From NCBI GenBank assembly GCA_018816345.1, contig JAHIWG010000097.1, positions 463-64,462 of the forward strand: 64,000 nt of DNA. Reading direction: 5' to 3'. The position numbers and the translations under genes are program-made. Shown in pieces: positions 1 through 10,003 of the stretch. This DNA is from Spirochaetota bacterium. GTDB lineage: Bacteria > Spirochaetota > Spirochaetia > Treponematales > UBA12059. Numbering within the stretch: position 1 is the first letter of the stretch; each line of letters starts with the position of its first letter. Below the pieces are notes generated by a model. The model was not told the origin of the DNA, did not search any database, and saw nothing but the letters and a program-made list of their open reading frames with translations.

Positions 1-426
1 CTCGGCCGGCGCTCCGAGGAACACTATGCGCGCGCCCTCGCGCTCGTGGACGCGGGCCGCGGCGAGCGCCTTGAAGGCGGCGGCCATCACCGCCATCTGG
101 GCGTTATGCCCGCAGGCATGGGCGACCCCGCCCGACGAGCCTGGCGCGCCCTCTATCCCGGGGGTGAGTATGGCGTCCATGTCGGCGACGAGGAAGATAG
201 CGGGCGCCCCGGCCGGGCCGAGCTCGGCCTTGATGCCGGTGACGGCCAGGCCCGTCTCGATACGGGCGCCGGTAGGCGCGAGCTCCTCGATGAGCGCCCG
301 CGCGGTCGCCTCCTCGCGGAACCCCAGCTCGGGCCGGGCTCCGAGCCTCCGCGCGAGGGCCTCCGCCTCGTCGGCCCCGAGCGCCAGGGCCTTCTCGACA
401 TCGTCTCGCAACCCCGTTCGTACCAT
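1..426 (-). CDS. M20-family amidohydrolase/peptidase, N-terminal 142 codons (gene runs off the window start)
   Basis: My own minus-strand translation from the ATG at 426 gives MVRTGLRDDVEKALALGADEAEALARRLGARPELGFREEATARALIEEL...SSGGVAHACGHNAQMAVMAAAFKALAAARVHEREGARIVFLGAPAE and is open to base 1. The HACGHN motif and layout match the complete M20 paralog at 8639-10003. It is absent from the ORF track because no stop lies inside the window. Confidence 0.6.
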   Translation of the reverse strand, partial: MVRTGLRDDVEKALALGADEAEALARRLGARPELGFREEATARALIEELAPTGARIETGLAVTGIKAELGPAGAPAIFLVADMDAILTPGIEGAPGSSGGVAHACGHNAQMAVMAAAFKALAAARVHEREGARIVFLGAPAE

Positions 427-521
427 GCACGTCTCCTTGGGCGCCGGGCGGTCCGGCGCTTCGTATCGGTTCCGGATAGTACTATCCAGGGATCATTTAT
501 ACAACCATGATCGATTATCTC

Positions 522-550
522 TTGAATTAGGGGATATTTTGACATAAGAT
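522..550 (+). promoter_or_regulatory. Possible sigma-70-type promoter for the nucleoside ABC operon (TTGAAT-17-TAAGAT)
   Basis: TTGAAT at 522-527, a 17-nt spacer, then TAAGAT at 545-550. It sits in a locally AT-rich divergent intergenic region about 70 nt upstream of the ATG at 619. Pattern match only. Confidence 0.25.
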
Positions 551-618
551 TTCAAGCTGTCGCATCGATCCGGAGGCATAGCCTGAAAGGCTCGAGCGGC
601 ATACCCAGGAGGATACCA

Positions 619-1695
619 ATGAAACGCATCGCGTTACCGATCGCCCTGTTACTAGCGCTCGCGCTGGCCCTGCCGGTCGCGGCCGCGCCCGCCCCCACGA
701 GCGTGTTCCTGCTCATCTCCGGCTCTCTCGGGGACAAGGGCTTCAACGACTCGGCCAAGGCCGGGCTAGACATGATCAAGGCAAAGTACGGCAGCAAGGT
801 GACCACCAAGTACACGGAGCTCGGGTCGGACACCGCCAAGTACGCTCCCTCGCTGGAGGACGCCGGCGCGGAAGGCTACTCCATAGTATTCTGCTCCAAC
901 AACTTCCGCAGCGCCGTCCAGGAGATCGCCGCGCGCTATCCTAAGACGCTCTACGTCATGTACGACGGCTGGGTAGAGGGCGACATCAAGAACGTCTACT
1001 CCATCCAGTATAAGAACTCGGAGGCCGGGTACCTGGCCGGCGTGCTCGCCGGGACCATGACCAAAGGCTCGGGCGACCCGAGGCTCAACGCCGACAACGT
1101 CATAGGCTTCATAGGCGGACGCGACATCACCGGAATCAACGACTTCTTCGTCGGGTACATCGCCGGCGCCCAGAAAGTCAACCCGGCCGTCAAGATAGTC
1201 TATAACTACGTCAACTCGTTCACCGACACGGCCAAGGCCAAGGACCAGGCCCTGATCCAGTTCGGCTCGTACAAGGCGGACATCGTCTACCACGCCGCCG
1301 GCCGCGCCGGGCTCGGCCTCTTCGACGCCGCGGTGGAGACGGGCAAGTACGCCATCGGCGTCGACACCGACCAGGCCTCGATGTTCTCGACGGAGCCCGC
1401 CAAGGCCGGCCTCGTCCTGTCGTCGACCCTGAAGCGCGTAGACCTCACGCTCTCCGGCATCTTCGACCGCTTCATGGCCGGGGAGAGCCTCGGCGGCAAG
1501 AAGGTCTACCTCGGCGTCGCCGAAGGGGTCATAGGCTTCGCGCCGTTCAACGCGGCCGTCCCCTCCGCCACCCAGAAGGCCATGGAGAAGATCATAGCCG
1601 AGGTCAAGGCCGGATCCGCTAAGGTCCCGTCCGCCTTCGACATGAGCGCCGACGACATCAACAAGATGCGCGACGCGGTGAACCCCAACAAGTAA
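619..1695 (+). CDS. BMP-family (PnrA/Med-like) substrate-binding protein of a nucleoside-type ABC importer
   Basis: The ATG is preceded by AGGAGG. Signal peptide MKRIALPIALLLALALALPVAAAP. BMP-family patterns GDKGFNDSA, IGFIGG and AIGVDTDQ are present. The cognate ATPase and two permeases follow. Confidence 0.85.
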   Translation: MKRIALPIALLLALALALPVAAAPAPTSVFLLISGSLGDKGFNDSAKAGLDMIKAKYGSKVTTKYTELGSDTAKYAPSLEDAGAEGYSIVFCSNNFRSAVQEIAARYPKTLYVMYDGWVEGDIKNVYSIQYKNSEAGYLAGVLAGTMTKGSGDPRLNADNVIGFIGGRDITGINDFFVGYIAGAQKVNPAVKIVYNYVNSFTDTAKAKDQALIQFGSYKADIVYHAAGRAGLGLFDAAVETGKYAIGVDTDQASMFSTEPAKAGLVLSSTLKRVDLTLSGIFDRFMAGESLGGKKVYLGVAEGVIGFAPFNAAVPSATQKAMEKIIAEVKAGSAKVPSAFDMSADDINKMRDAVNPNK

Positions 1696-1773
1696 GCTCC
1701 CCCGGGCGCGGCGGCTGAACGGAACGCCCGTCGCGCCCGAGCCTCGTCCGCGGATACCCGCGACGCTCGAACC

Positions 1774-1800
1774 CGGTCCCGGGGCCTATGCCCGGGACCG
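1774..1800 (+). promoter_or_regulatory. Intercistronic GC-rich stem-loop after the binding-protein gene
   Basis: Perfect 10-bp stem (cggtcccggg / cccgggaccg) with a 7-nt loop and no T-tract. It lies in the 156-nt gap between the SBP and ATPase genes. This position is typical of mRNA-stabilising or attenuating hairpins that raise SBP stoichiometry. Confidence 0.4.
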
Positions 1801-1851
1801 ACTGCCGAGGACCTGTCCGACGGGACGCCTGGTCCGGAAAGAAGAACACCG

Positions 1852-3405
1852 GTGGATACGATTCTCGAGGCCGTCGACCTGTGCAAGGTCTACGGCAACG
1901 GCACCGCGGCTAACAGGCACGTCGACTTCGCCGTGCGGCCCGGGGAGATACACGGCCTCGTGGGCGAGAACGGGGCCGGCAAGTCGACGCTGATGAAGAT
2001 CGTCTACGGCGAGGAGTCCCCCAGCTCGGGGACCCTCCTGCTGGACGGCCGGCCTGTCAGATTCGGATCGTCCCGGGACGCCATAGCCGCCGGCATAGGC
2101 ATGGTGCACCAGCACTTCATGCTCGTCCCCTCCCTTTCCCTCGCCGAGAACCTCGTGCTCGGGAGCGAGCCGAGGAAGAAGTCCGGCATGTACGACCTCG
2201 AGGAGGCGGTACGGATAACCCAGTCGCTCTCGGATAAGTACAACCTCAAGGTGACGCCGAGGGCCCGCGTCGTCGACGTCTCCGTCTCCATGCGCCAGAA
2301 GCTGGAGATCCTCAAGACGCTGTACCGCGGCGCCAGGATACTCATCCTCGACGAGCCGACGGCGGTGCTGACGCCGCAGGAGACGGACGAGCTGTTCGTC
2401 GAGCTCAAGGACCTCCGGGACAAGGGCCATACCATCATCTTCATCAGCCACAAGCTGGGCGAGGTGTTCGAGCTCTGCGACCGCGTGACGGTGATGCGCG
2501 ACGGCGCGATGATAGCCACCCACGACTCGGGCGACGTCGACAGGCAGACCATCTCCAACGAGATGGTCGGCCGCGAGGTCCGCCTGACCGTCGATAAGAA
2601 GGCCGCCTCTCCGGGAGCGTCCGCGCTCGACGTCAGGGACCTGTCCTACGTCGACGACTTCGGCATTACCATGGTGGACCGCGTCTCGTTCTCGCTGCGC
2701 GAGGGGGAGGTGCTGGGCGTCGTGGGCGTCGACGGCAACGGCCAGTCGGAGCTCGTCCGCATCCTGACGGGCTCCGCCGCCACCCTCACGGGCTCCGTCA
2801 GGAAGCGCGGGACAGACATCACCAACGCCACGCCGAGGCGGATCCGCAGGGCGGGGATAGCGCACGTGGCGGAGGACCGCATGACGGTAGGCACGGCCCT
2901 GCCGGCGAGCATTGCCGACAACCTCCTCGCCGACCGCTACTCGGCCCCCGAGTACACCGGCGGCGGGTTCCTCAGGCGATCCGCGATGGCGGCCGCGGCC
3001 GGCGATATAGTCAAGCGCTTCGACATACGCTGCTCCTCGCCCGGCCAGCCGGTCGCCAGCCTCTCGGGCGGCAACATGCAGAAAGTGGTCATAGGCAGGG
3101 AGTTCACCGCCGCCGCCGACGTCCTCATCGTGTCCCAGCCGACGCGCGGCGTCGACATCGGCGCCATAGAATTCATCCACCGGACTATCCTCTCGATGAG
3201 GGACGCGGGCAAGGCCATACTCCTCGTATCCTCGGACCTCGGGGAGGTGCTAACGCTGTCGGACAGCCTCGTCGTCATGCACTCCGGCAGGATCGTCGCC
3301 TACTTCCCGGACGCGTCCGCCGTCACGGACAAGGAGCTAGGCCTCTTCATGCTCGGCGTCAAGCGCCAGGACGAAACTGAGATCAGGAAGGTCCTCCATG
3401 GATAA
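1852..3405 (+). CDS. ABC transporter ATP-binding protein with duplicated NBDs (sugar/nucleoside CUT2 type)
   Basis: GTG start. Two Walker A motifs (GENGAGKST, GVDGNGQSE), signature LSGGNMQK and Walker B ILILDEPT. Confidence 0.9.
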   Translation: MDTILEAVDLCKVYGNGTAANRHVDFAVRPGEIHGLVGENGAGKSTLMKIVYGEESPSSGTLLLDGRPVRFGSSRDAIAAGIGMVHQHFMLVPSLSLAENLVLGSEPRKKSGMYDLEEAVRITQSLSDKYNLKVTPRARVVDVSVSMRQKLEILKTLYRGARILILDEPTAVLTPQETDELFVELKDLRDKGHTIIFISHKLGEVFELCDRVTVMRDGAMIATHDSGDVDRQTISNEMVGREVRLTVDKKAASPGASALDVRDLSYVDDFGITMVDRVSFSLREGEVLGVVGVDGNGQSELVRILTGSAATLTGSVRKRGTDITNATPRRIRRAGIAHVAEDRMTVGTALPASIADNLLADRYSAPEYTGGGFLRRSAMAAAAGDIVKRFDIRCSSPGQPVASLSGGNMQKVVIGREFTAAADVLIVSQPTRGVDIGAIEFIHRTILSMRDAGKAILLVSSDLGEVLTLSDSLVVMHSGRIVAYFPDASAVTDKELGLFMLGVKRQDETEIRKVLHG

Positions 3406-4531
3406 GCATCTTAAGAAGCGCGGCCTAGCCGGGAAGATGGCGATGTTCTTCACCGACAGGGACGCCCTCGAGCCGGCCCTCGTGACCCTTTTCGCGGCCC
3501 TGTTCTCGCTGCTCGCCGGCGTGGGGCTCATATTCCTGGTCAGCAAGGAGCCTTCGCAGTCGGTCAGGAACTTCCTCCTCGGGCCGTTCCTCCGCACGTA
3601 CAACATCTACTACATGATGATAGCGATGGTGCCGCTGACCTTCACGGGCCTCGCGCTCTGCATCATCTACCAGTCGAAGCACATGTCGCTGATCGTCGAC
3701 TCGTCCTTCTATATAGGGGCGGTCGTCGCGACGGCCATAGGCGTCAACCTGAGCCTGCCGGCGGGCGTACACCCCCTCGTGGCGATGCTGGCCGCGGGTA
3801 CGGTAGGCGGCCTCATAGGCCTCCTGCCCGCCATCCTCAAGATACGGTGGAGGGCCAACGAGCTGGTATCGTCGCTGATGCTCAACTACGTGTTCTACTT
3901 CGTGGGGAGCTTCGTGATCCTGTACTTCCTGCGCGACAGGAACCAGACCATCCTATCCTCCCTGCCGTTCAAGCAGACCTTCCTCCTGCCCCGCCTCGTG
4001 CCGAACACGCAGCTCCACGCGGGCTTCATCATCGCGGCCGCCTTCGTGGTGCTGGTATCGATATTCCTGTACCGCACGAAGTGGGGCTTCGAGATCAGGC
4101 TGATCGGCGCCAACCAGAAGTTCGCCGCCTACGCCGGCCTGTCGGTGCCGACGGTTATCCTGTACTCGCACTTCGTATCGGGCTTCCTAGGCGGCGTCGG
4201 CGGCGCGATAGAGATGGCAGGGCTCTATAAGGCCTTCATCTGGCAGATGAACCCGTCATACGCGTGGGACGGCGTCATAGTCGCCATGCTGGCGCGCAAG
4301 AACCCTAAGTTCGTGCCGCTTTCCGCGTTCTTCCTCGCGTACATGCGCGTGGGCGCGGACTTCATGTCCAGGCGCGGCGACGTGGCGTTCGAGTTCATCA
4401 CCCTGCTCCAGGGAATGATCATACTGATCCTGGCCTCCGACAAGATAGTCAACTACTTCAAGGCGCGCAGGCTAAAGAGGACCGCGCTCGCGACCTCGTC
4501 CAAGAGCGCCGTCGCGGCGGGAGGATTATGA
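3398..4531 (+). CDS. ABC transporter permease (CUT2/BMP-associated)
   Basis: Overlaps the upstream stop by 8 nt. Polytopic hydrophobic protein in operon context with a BMP SBP. Confidence 0.85.
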   Translation: MDKHLKKRGLAGKMAMFFTDRDALEPALVTLFAALFSLLAGVGLIFLVSKEPSQSVRNFLLGPFLRTYNIYYMMIAMVPLTFTGLALCIIYQSKHMSLIVDSSFYIGAVVATAIGVNLSLPAGVHPLVAMLAAGTVGGLIGLLPAILKIRWRANELVSSLMLNYVFYFVGSFVILYFLRDRNQTILSSLPFKQTFLLPRLVPNTQLHAGFIIAAAFVVLVSIFLYRTKWGFEIRLIGANQKFAAYAGLSVPTVILYSHFVSGFLGGVGGAIEMAGLYKAFIWQMNPSYAWDGVIVAMLARKNPKFVPLSAFFLAYMRVGADFMSRRGDVAFEFITLLQGMIILILASDKIVNYFKARRLKRTALATSSKSAVAAGGL

Positions 4532-5484
4532 TGCTCGATTTCATAGCCGGAGTGTTCGGCTCCTCCAACTACTGGTTCATAGTCGTGCGCTCCACCGCGC
4601 CCATCCTCCTCGTCACGCTCGGGGCGGTGATCACCGAGCAGGCGGGCATCAAGAACATGGCCCTGGAGGGATCGATGCTCTGGGCCGCCCTCGTGGGAGT
4701 CCTCGCGAGCGCGGCCACGGGCAGCGCGTGGATAGGCCTCCTCGCCGGCATGGCCGCCGGGGTAGCCATCGCCCTCGTGCTCGGGATCTTCGCCCTCAAG
4801 CTGGACGCCAACGCCGTCCTCGTCGGCGTGGCGCTCAACCTGCTGTCCACGGGCGGCACCGTGTTCACCCTCTTCTCGATCACGGGGGACAAGGGCATCA
4901 GCTCGTCGCTGGCCAGCAAGACCCTGCCGGTGATACGCATCCCCTTCCTCGCCGACGTACCGTGGCTCGGGAAGGTCCTGTCGGGGCAGAACTTCATCAT
5001 CTACGTCTCCATCGTCGCCGTCATAGTCGTCCACGTCATACTCAACAAGATGACCATAGGCCGGCGGATCCGCGCGACCGGCGAGAACGTCGACGCGGCC
5101 CGCGCCGCGGGCATCGACCCTAACCGCATCAAGTTCTTCACGCTCGTAGTCTCGGGCATGCTCGCGGGCCTCGCGGGCTGCTTCCTGTCCATGGGCTACA
5201 CGTCTAACTTCACCTCGGGCATCTCCGCGGGCCGCGGCTACGTCGCCAACGCGGCCCAGGTCGTCGCGGGCGGCACCGCGGTCGGGTCGATTTTCGCCGC
5301 GCTCATCTTCGGCATCACCGACGCGATGGCGACGTTCCTCCAGAACGTAGGCCTGCCCCCGGAGCTGATCCAGGCGCTGCCGTACGCGGTGACGATCGTC
5401 GGCTTCATAGTCGTCACGCTCATCCGCGACAAGCGCGAGGCCGCGAGGAAGCTCAGGCTGTTCTCGAGGGGCGCGGGACGGTGA
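4528..5484 (+). CDS. ABC transporter permease (second subunit)
   Basis: ATGA overlap with the preceding permease gene. Polytopic hydrophobic protein. Confidence 0.85.
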   Translation: MMLDFIAGVFGSSNYWFIVVRSTAPILLVTLGAVITEQAGIKNMALEGSMLWAALVGVLASAATGSAWIGLLAGMAAGVAIALVLGIFALKLDANAVLVGVALNLLSTGGTVFTLFSITGDKGISSSLASKTLPVIRIPFLADVPWLGKVLSGQNFIIYVSIVAVIVVHVILNKMTIGRRIRATGENVDAARAAGIDPNRIKFFTLVVSGMLAGLAGCFLSMGYTSNFTSGISAGRGYVANAAQVVAGGTAVGSIFAALIFGITDAMATFLQNVGLPPELIQALPYAVTIVGFIVVTLIRDKREAARKLRLFSRGAGR

Positions 5485-6809
5485 CGTGCGACCTCGTCGT
5501 CGAGAACGCCGCGGTCCTGACCCTGGACGCCGAGTGGCGCGTCCACGAGCCGGGATTCGTGGCCGTCAGGGGCGACGCCATCGCCGGCGTCGGCCCCATG
5601 GCGGAACGCGACGACTGGGAGGCGGCTAGCGCCGTGGACGCGGGCGGCCGGCTCCTCATGCCGGGCTTCGTCAACGCCCATACCCACGTCGCGATGGCCG
5701 CCTTCCGGAGCGCCGGCGAGGACATGCGCGACCGCCTGGGCCGGTACCTGTTCCCCCTGGAGAAGCGGCTCGTTACGAGGGAGCTGGTCCGGGCCGCCTC
5801 GAGGTACTGCCTCGTCGAGATGGCCTCCTCCGGCACTACGACCTTCGCCGACATGTACTACTTCGAGGACGAGGTCGCGAAGTCGGCCAAGGAGGCCGGG
5901 CTCCGCTGCGTGCTCGGCGAGACGGTCGTCGACTTCCCGGCCCCGGACGCGCCCGAGCCGTACGGCGGCATCGCGTACGGCCTCCGCTTCATAGGGGAGT
6001 GGCTGGGCGACGAGCTCGTCACGCCCTGCCTGGCGCCGCACGCGACCTACACCGTGGGCCCCGACCGCCTCCGGGAGATACGCCGCGTCTCCGAGGGGAA
6101 GGGCCTGCCCGCGCTCATGCACATAGCGGAGACGGCGCCCGAGAACGCGCGCTTCAGGGCCTCCCACGGTTCCGTCATTCGCTACCTCCGCTCGGAGGGG
6201 CTCCTGTACCCCGGCCTCGTGGGGGCGCACATGGTCTACCTCGACGACGACGACATAGGGATAGTCGCGGAGAGCGGCATGTCGGTCGCGCACTGCCCGG
6301 CCTCCAACGCCAAGTCCGGCAGGCCGATATGCCCGGCCGGGGCCCTCTCGGAGGCCGGCGTCAGGCTGGGCCTCGCTACCGACGGTCCGATATCGGGCAA
6401 CGGCATGGACATGCAAGGCGTCGTCGGGCTATTCCCCAAGATGCAGAAGGTGCTGGCCCTGGACCGGGAGGCGGTGCCCGCCCGCGACGCCGTCAGGGCC
6501 GCGACCCTCGGAGGGGCGGAGGCCCTCGGCCTCGGCTCCGTGACCGGATCCCTCGAGCCGGGCAAGAAGGCCGACATGATACTGGTGGACGCGGACGCCT
6601 TCAACATGGCGCCGGTCTACGACTGGTACGCCGCGGTCGCCTACGCGATGAGGCCGCATAACGTGGATACCGTGTTCGTCGGGGGGCGCGTCGTCAAGGA
6701 CGGCGCCGGCATGAGAGGCGTCGACGAGGCCGCGGCCAAGGCCGACATGCGCGCCATAGCGGCGAGCTGCTCGGGCGTCATAGCCGAGCTCGAGAGGGGA
6801 ACGAGATGA
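5481..6809 (+). CDS. Amidohydrolase-superfamily nucleobase/nucleoside deaminase (MtaD / guanine-deaminase-like)
   Basis: GTGA overlap with the permease gene. HxH metal motif PGFVNAHTHVAMA, plus later HIAET and ATDGP segments typical of this deaminase group. Substrate not determinable by eye. Confidence 0.75.
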   Translation: MTCDLVVENAAVLTLDAEWRVHEPGFVAVRGDAIAGVGPMAERDDWEAASAVDAGGRLLMPGFVNAHTHVAMAAFRSAGEDMRDRLGRYLFPLEKRLVTRELVRAASRYCLVEMASSGTTTFADMYYFEDEVAKSAKEAGLRCVLGETVVDFPAPDAPEPYGGIAYGLRFIGEWLGDELVTPCLAPHATYTVGPDRLREIRRVSEGKGLPALMHIAETAPENARFRASHGSVIRYLRSEGLLYPGLVGAHMVYLDDDDIGIVAESGMSVAHCPASNAKSGRPICPAGALSEAGVRLGLATDGPISGNGMDMQGVVGLFPKMQKVLALDREAVPARDAVRAATLGGAEALGLGSVTGSLEPGKKADMILVDADAFNMAPVYDWYAAVAYAMRPHNVDTVFVGGRVVKDGAGMRGVDEAAAKADMRAIAASCSGVIAELERGTR

Positions 6810-7612
6810 GCGACTATAAGAAGGCTATCGCGGCTTCGACCGGTTCGGGCTCCGCGAGAGCGACGGGAGCCGGGGCAGCCGGGGCCGCGTCGACCCCGCA
6901 CATCGCGCCCGAGGGGCCCATAGCCCCGTCGGTACTGATGCCGGGCGACCCGCTACGCGCCCAGTACATCGCCGAGAGGTTCCTCGAGAACCCCGTCCGG
7001 TTCAACTCGGTGCGCGGCATGCTGGGCTTCACCGGGACCTGGAAGGGCGTTCCCGTGTCCGCCATGGGCTCCGGCATGGGCATCCCGTCCATGGGCATCT
7101 ACTCCTACGAGCTGTTCTCGGCCTTCGGCGTACGGCGAATAATCCGCGTAGGCACCTGCGGCGGCTTCGGGGAGGACATGAGCCTCGGGGACGTCGTCTT
7201 CGCCCAGGGCTCGTCCACGGCCTCGTCGTGGGCGGAGCAGTACGGGCTGGGCGGGACCTTCTCGGCCATCCCCGACTTCGGCCTCCTCGAGGCGGGCGTC
7301 GCCGCGGCTCGAGCCCTCGGCAGGCGCTTCGCCGTCGGCAACACGGTGTGCCTCGACCAGTTCTCGCGCTACCACGCCGAGGACCAGGTCTGGCTCAAGT
7401 GGATGAGGATGGGCATCGTGGCCACCGACATGGAGGCGTACTCGCTGTACTGCAACGCCGCCTATCTAGGCGGCAAGGCGCTCGCGATGTTCGCCGTCTC
7501 GGACCTCCGGCTCAAGGGGCTGCACATGGACGCGGCTCAGCGCGAACGGTCGCTCGACTCGATGATAGAGGTCGCGCTCGATACCGTACTTAGGACGGCG
7601 CCCGATTGCTAG
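6806..7612 (+). CDS. deoD: Purine nucleoside phosphorylase, DeoD type
   Basis: ATGA overlap with the upstream gene. TPHI, LMPGDPLRAQYIAERFLE, VRGMLGFTGTWKG and GMGIPSMGIYSYEL match hexameric DeoD. It carries an extra Gly/Ala-rich N-terminal segment of about 28 aa. Confidence 0.85.
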   Translation: MSDYKKAIAASTGSGSARATGAGAAGAASTPHIAPEGPIAPSVLMPGDPLRAQYIAERFLENPVRFNSVRGMLGFTGTWKGVPVSAMGSGMGIPSMGIYSYELFSAFGVRRIIRVGTCGGFGEDMSLGDVVFAQGSSTASSWAEQYGLGGTFSAIPDFGLLEAGVAAARALGRRFAVGNTVCLDQFSRYHAEDQVWLKWMRMGIVATDMEAYSLYCNAAYLGGKALAMFAVSDLRLKGLHMDAAQRERSLDSMIEVALDTVLRTAPDC

Positions 7613-7643
7613 CGCTCAGGATACGTAGCCTAACGGAGGGACC

Positions 7644-8630
7644 ATGATAGCCCCGGCGATACCGGAGGACGAGGGCGCCCGGTTGTCGGCGCTCCGCGAC
7701 CTGCGCATTCTCGATACCCCGGCCGAGGACAGGTTCGACCTGCTGACCCGCCTCGCGTCCCGCGTCTTCAAGGTACCGATCGCCCTGGTCAGCCTGGTCG
7801 ACGAGAACCGGCAATGGTTCAAGTCGTGCGTCGGGCTCGACGTCCCGGAAACCTCGAGGGAGGTATCGTTCTGCGGCCACGCCATACTGCAGGACGGCGT
7901 CTTCGTCATAGAGGACGCGCTGCTCGACGACCGGTTCCGGGACAATCCCCTGGTCGTCGGCTCGCCGGGCATACGTTTCTACGCCGGCCGCCCCCTGCGC
8001 GTCGAGGGCAGGAAGATCGGGACGCTCTGCCTCATCGATACGGAGCCGCGGAAGCGAAGCGACCTGGATTTATCGGTACTCGACGACCTGGCTAGGCTGA
8101 CGGAGCGGGAGCTCTGCGCGCTGTCGCAGTCCCAGGTCGACGAGCTGACGGGCGTCGCCAACCGGAGGGGCTTCATACGGCTCGCGACCCAGGGTATCAG
8201 TATGTCCCGGAGGAAGAAGGCCAATTCGGCGCTCGTCTACTTCGACCTGAACGGCTTCAAGCTCATCAACGATACCTTCGGGCATAAGGAAGGGGACAGG
8301 GCGCTCAAGGATTTCGCGCGGATCGTCTACTCGAGCGTCCGCGAGGGAGATATCCTAGGAAGGCTTGGCGGCGACGAGTTCATCCTCTGGATCAACGAGG
8401 CGAGCGGGGCCTTGATCGAAGGCCTGTTGCGCCGCATAACCGAAAACGTCGAAGCGCATAACGCCAGGAGCGGGGCCGGCTACGGCCTGTCGTTCTCCCA
8501 CGGCGCCGAGATCATCGCCTTCGACGATCCGTCGGCCTTTTCCGACCTCGTCGAGCAGGTCGACAGGAAGATGTACGACAAGAAGCGCCAGAAGCCGGCG
8601 AGCCCCGGCCCCCACGGACCGAGGGCCTAG
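7644..8630 (+). CDS. GAF-domain diguanylate cyclase (GGDEF)
   Basis: N-terminal GAF pattern (DRFDLLTRLASRVFKVPIALVSLVDENRQWFKS). C-terminal GGDEF domain with FKLINDTFGHKEGD and an intact RLGGDEF. Confidence 0.85.
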   Translation: MIAPAIPEDEGARLSALRDLRILDTPAEDRFDLLTRLASRVFKVPIALVSLVDENRQWFKSCVGLDVPETSREVSFCGHAILQDGVFVIEDALLDDRFRDNPLVVGSPGIRFYAGRPLRVEGRKIGTLCLIDTEPRKRSDLDLSVLDDLARLTERELCALSQSQVDELTGVANRRGFIRLATQGISMSRRKKANSALVYFDLNGFKLINDTFGHKEGDRALKDFARIVYSSVREGDILGRLGGDEFILWINEASGALIEGLLRRITENVEAHNARSGAGYGLSFSHGAEIIAFDDPSAFSDLVEQVDRKMYDKKRQKPASPGPHGPRA

Positions 8631-8638
8631 CCCCGGGC

Positions 8639-10003
8639 CTACAGGTCCATCGTCGACCTATACGGACGGCTCTTTCCCGAGTGCTCCCTCTTGGCCGCCT
8701 CGAGCAGTCCCGGTTCCGTCGCGAGGGCGAGGCCGGTCTCCGCGAGGAGGGCCGCCGCCCAGCGCATCCGCTTCAGAGCCAGGCTCGAGCCGGAGGCCGC
8801 GCACGACTGCCAGGTGTGCGCGCCTATGCCCAGGGGCCAGGTCGCGGCGTTCAGCTGGCCGGTCGGCACGATATACGACACGTCTCCCGTATCGAGCGAT
8901 CCCCCAATGCGGTACCCGGCGCCGAAGTCTCCCGCCTCGGCGTGCACCGCCCGCTTCAATAGGCCGAGGGGCGCCCCTATCATGGCCAGCGTCGCCTCGC
9001 GGTCCCGCCTGGGGACCGTCGCCGCCAGGGCCTTGGCGAAGGAAGCCTCCTCGGCGCTCGGCGCCGGGGGCGGGAGCTCCAGCATCGCGCGGGCGACGCG
9101 GTCGTGTATCGCGTCGCTCGGTATGAAGTCGCACTTGCCGTGGGTGATCTCCCACGACGCCTTGGTCTCCGTCATCATGGCCGCGCCCTTGGCCGCCTTG
9201 ACGACCCGGGCCGCGGCGAGGCGCAGGGCCTCCGCCGTCGGCGCCCGAAGGTACAGGGTCGTGGCCGCGTTCTCGGGCACTATATTGGGCCTAGCGCCGC
9301 CGTCTGAAACCACGTAGTGGATTAGGACGCCGCGCTCCACGTGCTCCCTGAGGAATTCGAGGCCGAGGTTGAATAGCTGTACCCCGTCGAGCGCCGAGCG
9401 GCCGGCGTGCGGGGCCATGGCCGCATGGCTGGCCCTACCCCGGAAGCGGAAGGTCATGGCGACGTTGGCGCTGGTCGCGTAGCGGTGCGGCGTGTTGACG
9501 TCGGCCGGGTGCCAGGTCAGCGCGGCGTCGGCGTCGTCGAAGCGGCCGGCCTTGACCAGCGGAATGCGGCCGAGCGCCTCCTCCGCGGGGCAGCCGTAGT
9601 ACCTGACGGTGCCGGGGAGGCCGGCCCCCTCCAAGGCGGCCGCTAGCGCCTCGGCCGCCGCCAGGGAGCCTATCCCTAGGAGGTTATGCCCGCAGGCGTG
9701 GCCGGCCCCGCCCGGGACCAGGGCCTCGCGCGCCGCGGAGCAGGCCTGCGACATGCCCGGCAGGGCGTCGTACTCGCCCATGATAGCTATGACCGGCCCG
9801 CCCCTACCCTTCTCCGCGGAGAACGAATAGGCCATCTCGGGGAACTCCCTAATCGCGAACCCGGATGAAGCGAGCCTGTCCCTGTGGACCGCCGAGGACC
9901 GGGCCTCCTCGCCCGACTTCTCGGGATGCTCCCATATATCGAGGGCCAGAGAATCGTACTCTACCGCCTGAGCCTCGACGTAGTCGTAAATTGATCGTAT
10001 CAT
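8639..10003 (-). CDS. M20D-family amidohydrolase (aminoacylase/hippurate-hydrolase-like)
   Basis: 454 aa with the GAGHACGHNLLG metal-binding motif and M20 dimerisation-domain layout. Paralog of the partial gene at 1-426. Confidence 0.8.
   Translation of the reverse strand: MIRSIYDYVEAQAVEYDSLALDIWEHPEKSGEEARSSAVHRDRLASSGFAIREFPEMAYSFSAEKGRGGPVIAIMGEYDALPGMSQACSAAREALVPGGAGHACGHNLLGIGSLAAAEALAAALEGAGLPGTVRYYGCPAEEALGRIPLVKAGRFDDADAALTWHPADVNTPHRYATSANVAMTFRFRGRASHAAMAPHAGRSALDGVQLFNLGLEFLREHVERGVLIHYVVSDGGARPNIVPENAATTLYLRAPTAEALRLAAARVVKAAKGAAMMTETKASWEITHGKCDFIPSDAIHDRVARAMLELPPPAPSAEEASFAKALAATVPRRDREATLAMIGAPLGLLKRAVHAEAGDFGAGYRIGGSLDTGDVSYIVPTGQLNAATWPLGIGAHTWQSCAASGSSLALKRMRWAAALLAETGLALATEPGLLEAAKREHSGKSRPYRSTMDL

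Noticed and set aside
26-547. Plus-strand ORFs at the window start (26-547, 46-510) and minus-strand ORFs 104-430 and 153-545.
   Set aside because: All are low-complexity. The third minus-strand frame gives a clean M20 amidohydrolase N-terminus with HACGHN, so that frame was called instead.
428-618. A purine or other riboswitch upstream of the nucleoside ABC / purine salvage operon.
   Set aside because: I read the leader on both strands. I found no resemblance to the purine riboswitch core or to other riboswitch cores I know, only a small hairpin and a weak promoter-like match.
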